Position numbers and translations under genes: made by a program. A stretch of 64,000 nt of DNA. Origin: Schizochytrium sp. TIO01 (lineage: Eukaryota; Protista; Bigyra: Labyrinthulomycetes). Each line of letters begins with the position of its first letter. Positions within the stretch are counted from its first letter, which is position 1. The stretch lies in assembly GCA_004764695.1 (NCBI GenBank), contig SMSO01000025.1, forward strand, positions 3,038,001-3,102,000, written 5' to 3'. The notes under the pieces were generated by a model. The model worked only from the letters and a program-made list of their open reading frames with translations. It had not been told where the DNA came from and did not search any database. This document shows positions 34,649-45,354 of the stretch, one piece after another.

Positions 34649-35581
34649 ATGTTTAGCGTGGCACATGCTCAAGCTGAGTCGCAGGTCGGCGATGGTATCA
34701 TTCGTGATGACCGACAGGCTTTGCTCAACATTTTGGAGGTGGTCCGTGCTCTAAACCGTGCCGAGAAAACTGGTGAGAACACTCTTAGCGCTGACGATGT
34801 GCATTTTTTGCGCAACGCTAATGAGCAAATTGCTCGCTACGGATTTGCCGGAGGTCTAGTAGGTGGTGGATCTACTTTATTTCTTCTACGCAATGCAAAT
34901 AAATGGTTTAAGTTCTCTGCTGCGGTCTCGGCATGGGTCGTATGGTCAGCTGTAGGCCGTTTCTCTGCTGTTGATGCTTCGCTGGAAAAAATGCTCAACC
35001 AGCTCCCGGCAGATTCGCAGCTCCGTAAATCTGCCCGCAAGGTGGTGTCTATGTATGCTGAAGAAAATGGCTATTTTGCTCGTCGGTACAACCTTAACGT
35101 CCTGGATGCTGCTGCAGATAACGAGCTCCGCCTTAACACTTGGCGCGATGATCGTGACAAGTTTGCTAACACTTCTGCAGCACCCGAAGCGGGTTCCACG
35201 CTTGCAGAGAGCCTCGATATGGCCGGCGACGACTCGGATGCCAAGCCTTTTGACATGCACGCCTACTTTGATGAAAATGACAATGGAAGCGCAAGTACTG
35301 GCCGTCCTTTGCCGCAAGGGGAGGGCGCTAAGACTGTGGGACCGTCGAGCGCACAGGTAAGCGAACCGCAGCAGAGACCGTCCAACGAAGAATCCTCATC
35401 TGCTGACCCCTTTGACTATGGCGAGTCAAGCGACAACACAATGATGTCACTGCCGCTGTACAAGGACGACTATGACGAGATGCTAATGGATGAGCAGATG
35501 GCTATGCAAAGTCATAAGCAGCCGCCCGGTCGGACCTGGGATGACGTGCGTAAAGACTACTATGCACACCATCAGAAATAA
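34649..35581 (+). CDS. Hypothetical protein, OCIA-domain-like architecture (two hydrophobic helices, acidic low-complexity tail)
   Basis: 310-aa ORF with coding-like codon use. Helical hairpin GFAGGLVGGGSTLFLL...FSAAVSAWVVWSAVGRFS, then SLEKMLNQLPADSQLR, and a terminal RTWDDVR motif. Family call is tentative. Confidence 0.75.
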   Translation: MFSVAHAQAESQVGDGIIRDDRQALLNILEVVRALNRAEKTGENTLSADDVHFLRNANEQIARYGFAGGLVGGGSTLFLLRNANKWFKFSAAVSAWVVWSAVGRFSAVDASLEKMLNQLPADSQLRKSARKVVSMYAEENGYFARRYNLNVLDAAADNELRLNTWRDDRDKFANTSAAPEAGSTLAESLDMAGDDSDAKPFDMHAYFDENDNGSASTGRPLPQGEGAKTVGPSSAQVSEPQQRPSNEESSSADPFDYGESSDNTMMSLPLYKDDYDEMLMDEQMAMQSHKQPPGRTWDDVRKDYYAHHQK

Positions 35582-36330
35582 GACATGGTATTTCTGACCG
35601 AACAAGCAAGCTGCAAGAGCAGCCTTGGGAAGTCTAAGACGACCTAGCTGCTAGTATGCATAAAATAGCTAGCAGGCTAGTAGATAGCTCGCTGTTTTTC
35701 TGTTTCATTCTTTGTTTTCCCCGCTAGGTTGTCAGTCCAAGAAAAAAGATGTACAGAAAGAATTACAAGATCTTCCAAGCTGTTGTCAGCATTTGTATCT
35801 ACTCTGAAGCTCTCTTTCATTTCCCTCATTATACCCATCTAGAAGCATCGCAAATCAATTGGTTGCAAAAATATATCCAAAACCTGGGTGGAGAACATGA
35901 TAGATGCACCATACAGAGAACACTCAGGACGCATGCCGCCACCGACTTCGCCAACTAGCGTAAATGAAATGCCTACGTATCAATACAAGAAGCGAGTGTA
36001 GTGTTGGCGCTTTTAGGAAAAAAAAAATAGTCTTTTCACCCCTTCACCTGAACCCCCCCTTTCCCATGAGTCCTACTATATCAGTCAATAGGCATAGTAG
36101 CACCATATTTTCATCATTGAATGATCATCTATAGTATTATACATTATGTATGCATGTACGTATCCAAACGTAAGTGCATGCAGCTACCCTTTTTTTTTTT
36201 TCCTTTTTTTTCCTAGTCGAACGTGGTGACTAGCATGTTTATTCCCCTTTCTTGATCTTGGCCTTCCAGCAATACATGTCTGCGTCAAAGCTAAATACTC
36301 CTAATCATCAAACATATTGTCCCCTAGAGA

Positions 36331-37743
36331 CTATGTTACATAATTTGCCTTGTTAGGACCCCTGTCTAGTTGAGAAACCTTCATGAACCATCGCTCATCA
36401 TGCCAAGTCTCGGTACCATTCTGCCAAGCCCACGTGGTTACTCGTCCATCTGAATGTACGCTGCTGGTAATGCGATGTGTAAAGGCTAAATCAAGCTGTT
36501 GTAGCGTTTCATTGGTAAGTGACAATTGGAGATTCCTTCTCAACACTGTGATTGTTTTCGTAAACGTTGATGTGCTAGTCCCTACAAATCGATTTGCAAG
36601 AGTACATATCAGTTGATCTATCATACCGTACACTGTTCCAAGAACTTTGGTGCGTTTCGCAAGCGCCAATTCGAGCTTTTCTAGAGTACTTCGAATGCGA
36701 GGGTACATCTTGAGCGAACTACAATGCACATAATGAGGAAATTGGCTGTAGAGCGGTGCAAAGAACTTGCTTTTTTGTTTGGCTTCTGTGGCAATATACA
36801 AAGGTGTCTGAGTCTCAAACTGTGCTGCAGTAGCACCTTGTATAAAACCTTCCACATATTTCGTGGTATTTGTAATTCGACCAGAAATATCTCCCATGCG
36901 GATCTGCAAGGCGTTGAAATTTTTGCCGTGGAAAATTTGTTGATGCACCAAGGCTGCAATTTTTTGCAAAGATGGAGCAAAATGCATTGCCGACCAGGTT
37001 TCATACCGAAGCCATTGATAGCCAAAAAATCGACCATGGAGATATACAATTCTTGAAGTGGATGCTTTAAGGCGTTGCTTAAATGCGTTTGCGTAGCCCC
37101 AACCTTTGCCAATGAAGGGATCCGCAATAGGCACAACCTCTAGTCCTGCCGGGGCTGTTCCATTTACAAAATCTGCAAGAGAGATGTCAAGAGGTACTAA
37201 TTCCACACCGGTGGTCTTGGACATCATCGCGAGATCGAGTAGACGATCTGCAGCAATCAAATTTTGTGCAGGCTCAGTCAAGTATCTCGGAGCAAGATTA
37301 ATATGTCCAGATATCATGGGTACAATTAAACCTCGTCCAAGGGTCTTGGCTGTAAAAATTGCACTACAAAGGCATATAAGTTGGTTGCCAATTCCTCCAG
37401 AAGGGGTATAGAGCAGGTATTTTGCTTCGGAATTTAGCTCAGCGTATGTTGTTTGTATAGTCCTTGGCAATATACTGTCCAGAGCACTGTCTGAAGGTAC
37501 ATTGTCTGAAGCATTGTCAGGAGGTCTCCTCGCATACGTTGTTTCTGAGAGCGTTTCGTCGAAAAGAGCTGTCACGTTGGTGCTTTTGCGTCCGTTCCAT
37601 CTGGTATCCTGTGCTCGGCTTGCGTTCAATTCAACTGTTGAGCTGAGCGTTTCCACAAGGTTTGTTTGGGGAATATTAACTACGGCAAGGAGCATAATCG
37701 TAAATGCTGCAAGTATTGATATGTACTGTTTAAGCTTTTTCAT
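36331..37743 (-). CDS. GDP-fucose O-fucosyltransferase-family glycosyltransferase (type II membrane, GT-B)
   Basis: Signal anchor YISILAAFTIMLLAVVNI after MKKLK, then a stem region and motifs YLLY...GGIGNQL...A.TLGRGLIVP, FNALQIRMGD, LYIATE, IDQLIC..A..FVGTSTSTFT. Start placed at ATG 37743; the upstream ATG at 37794 is also possible. Confidence 0.85.
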   Translation of the reverse strand: MKKLKQYISILAAFTIMLLAVVNIPQTNLVETLSSTVELNASRAQDTRWNGRKSTNVTALFDETLSETTYARRPPDNASDNVPSDSALDSILPRTIQTTYAELNSEAKYLLYTPSGGIGNQLICLCSAIFTAKTLGRGLIVPMISGHINLAPRYLTEPAQNLIAADRLLDLAMMSKTTGVELVPLDISLADFVNGTAPAGLEVVPIADPFIGKGWGYANAFKQRLKASTSRIVYLHGRFFGYQWLRYETWSAMHFAPSLQKIAALVHQQIFHGKNFNALQIRMGDISGRITNTTKYVEGFIQGATAAQFETQTPLYIATEAKQKSKFFAPLYSQFPHYVHCSSLKMYPRIRSTLEKLELALAKRTKVLGTVYGMIDQLICTLANRFVGTSTSTFTKTITVLRRNLQLSLTNETLQQLDLAFTHRITSSVHSDGRVTTWAWQNGTETWHDERWFMKVSQLDRGPNKANYVT

Positions 37744-40216
37744 GCTGATCTGCAGCGTCGCGGTGCCGTTGAGACAGCGTACGTTGAAACCCATGAACGA
37801 ACTGATTTGATTAGTCGTGAAATGGTCGTATCCCTTCTCTCCCCTTTCAGTTGTTGTCTTTATTTGGCAGACACAACAGTATTCTGCCTGCAGGCTGCCT
37901 TGCACCCCTAGTCCCTCGGCCTGAACCGCTCCCAGCGAACCTGAACTACCTACTAGGTAGTAGCTCCGGCCCGCTCAAGAGTCGAGTGAGCCCCAGATCA
38001 TGAATCAGAAAAAGAGGGTCTTTTTATTTGATATGCTCCTTTAGGTTGGCCATACTGGCGCCGTCCCCACGGTCACTTTTGATTACCAGTGCACACCACC
38101 TATGAGGATGTTTTATTTTGCTTTAAGTTTGTTATTTTGTTTCTTCTATAATAAAAAAGCTTTGGCAGGTCCACAAGCTGCTAGTTAACATTATTCCCGT
38201 TTGGGGATGGCATGGCCGGCTTGGTGTATCATTCCTTACGCTCGCCAATTTCAACATAAAAAGTCCTGAAGAGTACGTTTTGATTCATCATTCTCTTGTT
38301 TTGAGCACATGAATGCCAACCTACCTGCCCTGATGATCGATCGCTATAGTCTTTGCGAGACGTCTGACCTCGCGATGAAAACCAGCTTCAATAGACGTCT
38401 CGCTCTCGCTTCTATTCTCACAGCTGCGCAGATTAAACAACGTTGAGCTTGCTTGCATCGAGCTAGGTGTAAATCTTCCGGCCTCTTGTTCGTCGAACGG
38501 CGCCACCAGACTCCGTGTCAGGCACTAGCACCTGCTAGTGAGCAGGGTAGGTAGCTTAGGTAAGAACTCTTGGCCATCGCCAACCTTGCCACATGGAAAC
38601 TCAGCTTCAGGTACATCCTACCTACTCCCTCCCTCAACCCAGGAGGCGCATAGGAACTAAGTGCTGCTCTCGTTTTTGTCGCAAGAGAGGATGACTTCGA
38701 AGGTGCTATTGCCGTGCAAGCTCAACTCCGGGTCAGTTTTCTTCACGCGCGTTGTTGAATCAAAATGCAGCAAAGCGCGTCAATCAGGTCCTTGAGAACT
38801 TCATAAAGACGGCATTCAGCCACAATCAAAGTTAGCTGCAAACAAAGCAAGTTCAAGCTCGTAAGGTCGAGGAAGTCCGGTTCCTGCTCAGGTTTTCCGC
38901 CACCCCTGCGGATAACCTTCGAAGAACTATCGCCTCGAGGCTTTGGCCAACCGCCCGAAGAAACATTGCTCAACGTACAGCTCAAGACTGAGCTTTTGAG
39001 CTATGGCCTCTGATGAAGGAAACAAGCACCCACGATTTCGATGTTCGTACAAGTGCGCTACGCGGGCCTCGCATCTCGAATCCTCCGCCCTCCCAGCCGT
39101 CCAATCCCGCCACAACTGTAGCAACATCCGTCTTGAGAGCAAGCAGCACATGGGTTAATTTATTTGGCGAACGCGTGGACAATTTACGTATGGAGCATGC
39201 TCGCAGGCGGATCGATCGCCTTTCGTTACTCCCACTTGTCTTTCCGCCGTGGCACGCTCGCGAAACAGAGCCGGCGGAAGATGGCTTTGTTTCCCAAAGC
39301 GCTCTCGTGCTCAGGTTAGTTCTTAGAACAAACAGTTCCTTCGAACTGCTTTGAGGAGGTCCTTCCTTCTCGGCGACGATGTCGATGTCGATGACGATGT
39401 CGCGCGAAAAAGGCAAGGCAAGGCAAGGCAGCGCAGCAGAAAGCTTAGAGAAGCCTGGGCAGTCAGTCTTCAAGGAGGCCTCATGGCGCAGGGTCGGTGA
39501 CCAGCACAGCGTTTGCGAGCGCTATGGGCGAGGTCTTCAAGCAAGCACGCAAGCAAGCAAGCAAGCAAGCAAGCATTCTGCTATTCTCGCGGAGTGTGGA
39601 TGATTTGGAAAAACAAGGATGACGATGACTGAAAACATTGCGAACGAACGAAAGATTGATTTTCTTTACGAGCGGTTCGCAGAATTCCTCGAGGAGTTCG
39701 GAATCGAGCAAAAGCTGCCATTGCTCGTCAGGCGGTTGATCGATTGATTCCTGCTTGGCCACAGATCTTCGCTCGTATCCCCGGTGACCCTGTGCTGCAC
39801 TCTTCTCTCCATCTCTGCCGCAGTCTTCGCTGGAGATGAAGAACCTGAAAGAATAGAAAGAAACTTCGATGATGGGAGAAGAATTCTCTTTCCTTCCAGC
39901 GAAAGCTCAACAGCAGTAGGACCACCAGCGGGATGGAGGCCTACCGTTTACCATATGTGGGTCCTACCAGCGGCCAAGTACTCCATGGAGTTCTTCGTTT
40001 CGTCGTTGGCGCCCTCCAACATAGATAGATAGATAGATAGATAGATAGGTTCGTGCTTTGATGCATCGCTCAAACAAAACGCAGAATCTCCGTGCCGTTC
40101 GTTGCACACGTATTCTCAAGCAGCAGTGAGCGTCGGCCGTCTCAATCACACACGGCCGGTCCCTCGTGCTGCTCCCTCCATCTTGGCCGCAGTCGGTTCG
40201 TTCCCCCCTCTAAGTG

Positions 40217-40449
40217 GAATGAATGAATGAATGAATGAATTGATGGAATGAATGAATGAATGAATGAATTGATAGAACGAATGAATGAATTGATAGAATG
40301 AATGAATAAATTGATAGAATGAATGAATGAATTGATAGAATGAATGAATGAATTGATAGAATGAATGAATGAATTGATAGAATGAATGAGTGAATTGATA
40401 GAATGAATTGGTAGAATGAATGAACGAATGAATGAATGAATGAATGAAT
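40217..40449. repeat. Higher-order minisatellite built from (GAAT)n interrupted by TGATA (21-bp unit)
   Basis: Repeated gaatgaatgaatgaattgata units with point variants, seen directly. Confidence 0.9.
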
Positions 40450-41640
40450 CTCGGTTTCTTGTATTTCCGCCCCCAAAGAATCGTCATCGCTGCTTCTTCA
40501 AAGCGTGCTTGCTTTCAGGCGCCTCCTACTCCGTGGTAGGTAACTGCTACTCAACTTTCTTTCTTTCTTTCTTTCTTTCTTTGTTGATTTCTTCGTTGTG
40601 AAGAAAGAAAGAAACCCGAAGAAAGCGATCATCAGACTACTCAGCCAACTTGAAGGCATCGAGGCAGCCACGCCTGCCTGCCTGCCTGCCTGCCTGCTTG
40701 CTCGCTGGCGGACAAGCTTACTGGGCCCAGAGGAAGGAGTCGCCGCGGTGGCTTCGTGGTGATCTCTCTGCACAAGTCGGCGATGCTGAAGATTATACTG
40801 TCATCGTAAATACACAAATGAATGAAAATAAAATATTATGCGTGAATGAGTGAATGAGTGAATGAATGTGACCATACATCATAAGACAGAATAAATTCAT
40901 TGATTGCTGTCGGTGCCCATCATCGAGAACAAAAAGCAAGTCAATCGATCAATCGATCCATCGACTGAGGATACATACATACATGCATGCGCGCGAGGCA
41001 GGCAGGCAGGCAGGCAGGCAGGCCGCGCCTCTCCGCGCAGTGTCGTCAGGAAATCAATCAGCAGCTGTTCCACACTACAGGTTATCAATGATTGATATTC
41101 CATTCATATTCATTCAGTTTGATCGATGGATCACATGAATGAATTGAATGAATGAATGAATGAATGAGTGAATGAATGAATGATCGATTGATCGATTGAT
41201 TGATCCATCGATTGTGCCCTTTTGGGAAGAAGGTTAGAAGGTAGTAAAGGCAGATAAAAGAAACCCAACAATAGTAGATAGATAGATAGATAGATAGAAA
41301 GGGAGACTTGAAGAAAGGAACAAACCACGGATGACTGGAGATGGAAATCCAGTCGGTAATAACTCGTGTTCTGCGTTTATTGGCACGGGGTAAGGTCGCG
41401 TTGTGGGTGGGGTAATGAGGCTAAGGGACAAGGCGCATGGGGAGAATGTAATGGCAGGCGGCGGCAGCTCGAATTGCTGGCGGCAAACCACGAAGTCGAG
41501 GTTCTCGCTCTCCATTTCAAACCCGCTGCGTTGCGCTCTGCGAGAGCGCTTTGCTGCGGTCAAACCAAGCTTTAAGAGCGTTACCAACTCTCCGTCTCAA
41601 CTTTAGCTTTCCCTGCAATCCACCCGATCCTCTAAGCAAG

Positions 41641-43335
41641 ATGGACGCAGACAAGGCCGGTGCCACCTTCGAGGAGGAGAGCGCCCGCGTGAGCGAGGCC
41701 GTTAAGCAGGCTCGTGCTCTCGCTGGCCAGCTCACCAGCGACCGCAAGCAGATTGCTATTCTTGACTTCGGCAGCCAGTTCAGCCACCTCATTGCCCGCC
41801 GTATCCGCGAGCAGCACGTTTTCTGTGAGCTGTACTCCTGCCTCGTCGATGTTGAAGTGCTCAAGAGCGCCAATGTCATCGGAGTTGTGCTTTCCGGAGG
41901 CCCCTCTTCCGTGTACGACGAGGGATCCCCCCACGTCGCAGAGGGATTCTGGGAGTGGATTGAGACTGAGAAGATCCCTCTCTTGGGCATCTGCTACGGA
42001 ATGCAGGAGCTCGTGGACCACTACGGCGGCAAGGTCGAGGCATCTGCCAAGCGCGAGTACGGCAAGGCTGTTGTGACCAAGGAGGGCGAGCACGGAACCC
42101 AGAAGGGAGATCTCTTCTATGGCATTGACGACAAGGACGACATTGTTTGGATGAGCCACGGTGACAAGGTGACTGCCCTCCCTGAAGGATTCTCTGGAAT
42201 TGCAGGCACTGAGAACTGCCCGTGGGCTGCCATCGCAGGACCCAAGGATGGATCCCCCATGTACGGCCTTCAGTTCCACCCTGAGGTCACACACACCAAG
42301 CATGGTGCAGAGCTTATTCGCAACTTCGCCGTGGATATCTGTGGTGCACCCACTGACTGGGACATGAAGGATATTGCTGAAGAGTTCATTCGTGAGGTCC
42401 GCGAGAAGGTTGGCCCCAACGGCCACGTCATTGGAGCCGTCTCCGGAGGCGTTGACTCTTCCGTCGGAGCTGTTCTGCTCCACAGAGCCATTGGTGACAG
42501 GTTCCACGCCGTGCTTGTTGACAACGGATGCCTGCGCCTCAACGAGGCCGAGCGCGTGCTCGACCGTCTTCGCAACCGCGAGGGAATTGACCTCCACATG
42601 GTCGATGCCTCTGACCGCTTCCTTGCCGCACTCAAGGGTGTTGAGGACCCTGAGGTCAAGCGCAAGACCATTGGAGCGCTCTTCATCGATGTATTCCAGG
42701 AGGAGGCCGAGCGCATCAAGCGCGAGGTGCCTGAGGGCCACACCGTCGACTTCTTGCTCCAGGGTACTCTCTACCCTGACGTGATTGAGTCCATCAGCTA
42801 CAAGGGACCCAGTGCTACCATCAAGTCTCACCACAACGTCGGAGGTCTCCCAGAGAAGATGAGCCTTAAGCTCATTGAGCCGCTCCGCGAGCTCTTCAAG
42901 GATGAGGTCCGTGAGCTTGGTCTTGCCCTCGGCCTTGAGCACGAGTCTGTCTTCCGCCACCCGTTCCCTGGACCTGGACTCGCCATCCGCATCCTCGGAG
43001 AGGTCACCAAGGAGGCCTGCGACAAGCTCCGTCTTGCTGATGACATTGCCATCTCTGAGATCCGCAAGGCTGGCATCTACGATGAGATTGCTCAGGCCTT
43101 CGTCGTGCTTCTCCCCGTTAAGTCTGTGGGTGTCATGGGAGATGGGCGTACCTACGAACAGGTTGTAGCCATGCGCTGTGTCACATCTTCGGACTTCATG
43201 ACCGCCAACTGGTACTTTATGGACCACGAGACTCTTGCTACGATCTCTAACCGCATCATCAACGAGGTGCCGGGTATCAACCGCGTGTGCTACGACATCT
43301 CCTCCAAGCCGCCTGCCACCATCGAGTGGCTCTAA
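41641..43335 (+). CDS. guaA: GMP synthase (glutamine-hydrolysing)
   Basis: ILDFGSQFSHLIARRIRE, LSGGPSSVY, LGICYGMQ (catalytic Cys), WMSHGD, QFHPEV, SGGVDS PP-loop, QGTLYPDVIES, IKSHHNVGGL, RHPFPGPGLAIR, YDISSKPPATIEW. gcaagATG start at 41641. Confidence 0.97.
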   Translation: MDADKAGATFEEESARVSEAVKQARALAGQLTSDRKQIAILDFGSQFSHLIARRIREQHVFCELYSCLVDVEVLKSANVIGVVLSGGPSSVYDEGSPHVAEGFWEWIETEKIPLLGICYGMQELVDHYGGKVEASAKREYGKAVVTKEGEHGTQKGDLFYGIDDKDDIVWMSHGDKVTALPEGFSGIAGTENCPWAAIAGPKDGSPMYGLQFHPEVTHTKHGAELIRNFAVDICGAPTDWDMKDIAEEFIREVREKVGPNGHVIGAVSGGVDSSVGAVLLHRAIGDRFHAVLVDNGCLRLNEAERVLDRLRNREGIDLHMVDASDRFLAALKGVEDPEVKRKTIGALFIDVFQEEAERIKREVPEGHTVDFLLQGTLYPDVIESISYKGPSATIKSHHNVGGLPEKMSLKLIEPLRELFKDEVRELGLALGLEHESVFRHPFPGPGLAIRILGEVTKEACDKLRLADDIAISEIRKAGIYDEIAQAFVVLLPVKSVGVMGDGRTYEQVVAMRCVTSSDFMTANWYFMDHETLATISNRIINEVPGINRVCYDISSKPPATIEWL

Positions 43336-45354
43336 GTGCACAGCATCATTTTCCCCCGCTTGTTTACCCAGGCTGTGACTGACGAAACACAACACACCTA
43401 AACATAAGACGAGCAGTAGCGGTTGCCGCGCGGCCGCTGCAGCATGTACTTGATTGGCGCGCCTTCACCTCTTCATTCCCGATGAAGTGCGAATCAAACT
43501 TATCCATCTCCAACGCATATAGATGCCACTTACTATGGATGTCCCTGCCTTGTAATGAATGACAGGCTAGGTGCAAACATCTGTGCGTTTCACTAACTTG
43601 CCCACTCTCAAAATTACACGAAACAGAGACAGGAGTAATCGTACCCAGGAAAACGCGTATACTGCTCAGTTCTCTCTAAACCCTTAGAATAAATGTTTGA
43701 TCTGGATAACTATCTTCCAGCTTTTTTGATTAATTAGTTCAAATGTGGTTGAACAGAAGTTTATATTTAGCTTGAGGGAAGTCAGAGATAAAGGACTCTA
43801 TACCCAATTGAGCCTTTGGCACTGAGGTTGGGTTTCCGAAATGACTAGATGATTCTCAATTACATTCATAAAAATGTAAATCAAGTCTCTGCCTTTAAAT
43901 TTGCTTGTGTAGTTATTTTCGAAGCTAAAAGTAATTACAGGTAGTAATGAGTTCGCTAATAAGTTGGGTTACTTGCAACAAACTTTTTATTCAAGCGTTG
44001 TTTTGGTACGTCTTTCCTAAATTTAGGCGAAAAGAGGGCTACGGATATTTACTGATGATGGTATCCAACATTTGTGTATCTGAGCCTATATTATAAAGTA
44101 CAGATAAGGATGCACAAAAAGACCATGGTATACATGTGATCATGCAGCGTTGTTTCTTGTTTCTTTTGCTATTCTGTGTGAGAGGAGTCCTCTATTCTGC
44201 GCAGTTTGGAATACATAGAAAAGACACGATAAAATGCATACAGGATAATGCTGCAGTATTTCACCAAATCCTCCTTAGGAAATAGAGATACTATGCTTGG
44301 TGTTTTAGTAATCAAGGAGCTGACGAGTGCTCAATTGTTTTGTGTTGTAATAACGTTCCATGGAGCACCACAAAGGTTTGCTTTTGTTCGAAAAAACTAT
44401 GTATGTTCAATCTGTATACCTGTAAGCATGTTTGAAAAAAGTAGCAGAAAGTATTATTTAAGGCAGATCTCGCAACTCTTCGAAAGTAAGCATATGAATA
44501 TATGGATAGATTTTAGTGAAATTAGAAACGAGACAAATGCAGGGGTAATATTTGATATATCAAAGACTTACATAGACGACAATTGTTGCATTCAGTTTAC
44601 TTTGTGAAACATGAAGAAATATATGTTAGACTACCCCTGGACATTCTACAAGTCAAGCTATCCACTAGAGTAGTATATTAAAGAAGTATTGTAGTTAATG
44701 TAGTTTTGCTATGTATAAGGTGGATGATTTGGAAAAGAAATTCAGAAAGCTTTCTTTTAAGCAAAAAAACATGAATACTAGTTGTTCAGGTTATTCTCGT
44801 GAAATCCGGAGTATTTCGATATTATCAACGAGATGCGCTGCATAAATTACTCGCAGCTCAGTGCATAGATTTCATTCCTATGATTGGGGAGTGTAGCACA
44901 TATGTCTTCAGAGCAATTTAGTATTTGATTTTTATGATCGTTCAAGATTGTGTATGCGCAAGATTCATGCTATAAACACTCGCAACATGTGGACAATTTT
45001 CTGCGTTATATTTTTTCTACTTACATGGAAGCGTGACTATTGTTTGACAAATAATTGACAGAAGTACATTAAACACGTGAAGACAGATATTTTAAGGTAG
45101 GGGGCGGTTTGCAGACTAAGATGGAACGATACGGAGAAGTTGAGCGCCAGCATGGATGCAAGAAGGAGTAGGAGGAGGAGAAAACAAGATAGATGGGGAA
45201 TAAGGTGTTAAAGTTCGGAGAGAATATATGTATCCATATTAGTAGAGAGGAGAGAAAACAAAAAGAGTGAGCAGGGATCAAAAAGTTGCGAACAATTCGC
45301 AGGACAGGCAAACAGAGTGGTGTGTGATAAGAGGGTATTCAACATTCAGAAAAA

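Noticed and set aside
41632-43395. 587-aa antisense ORF covering GMP synthase
   Set aside because: It is the codon-aligned reverse frame of a strongly biased gene that avoids TTA/CTA/TCA. The translation has no recognisable motifs, so it is a shadow ORF.
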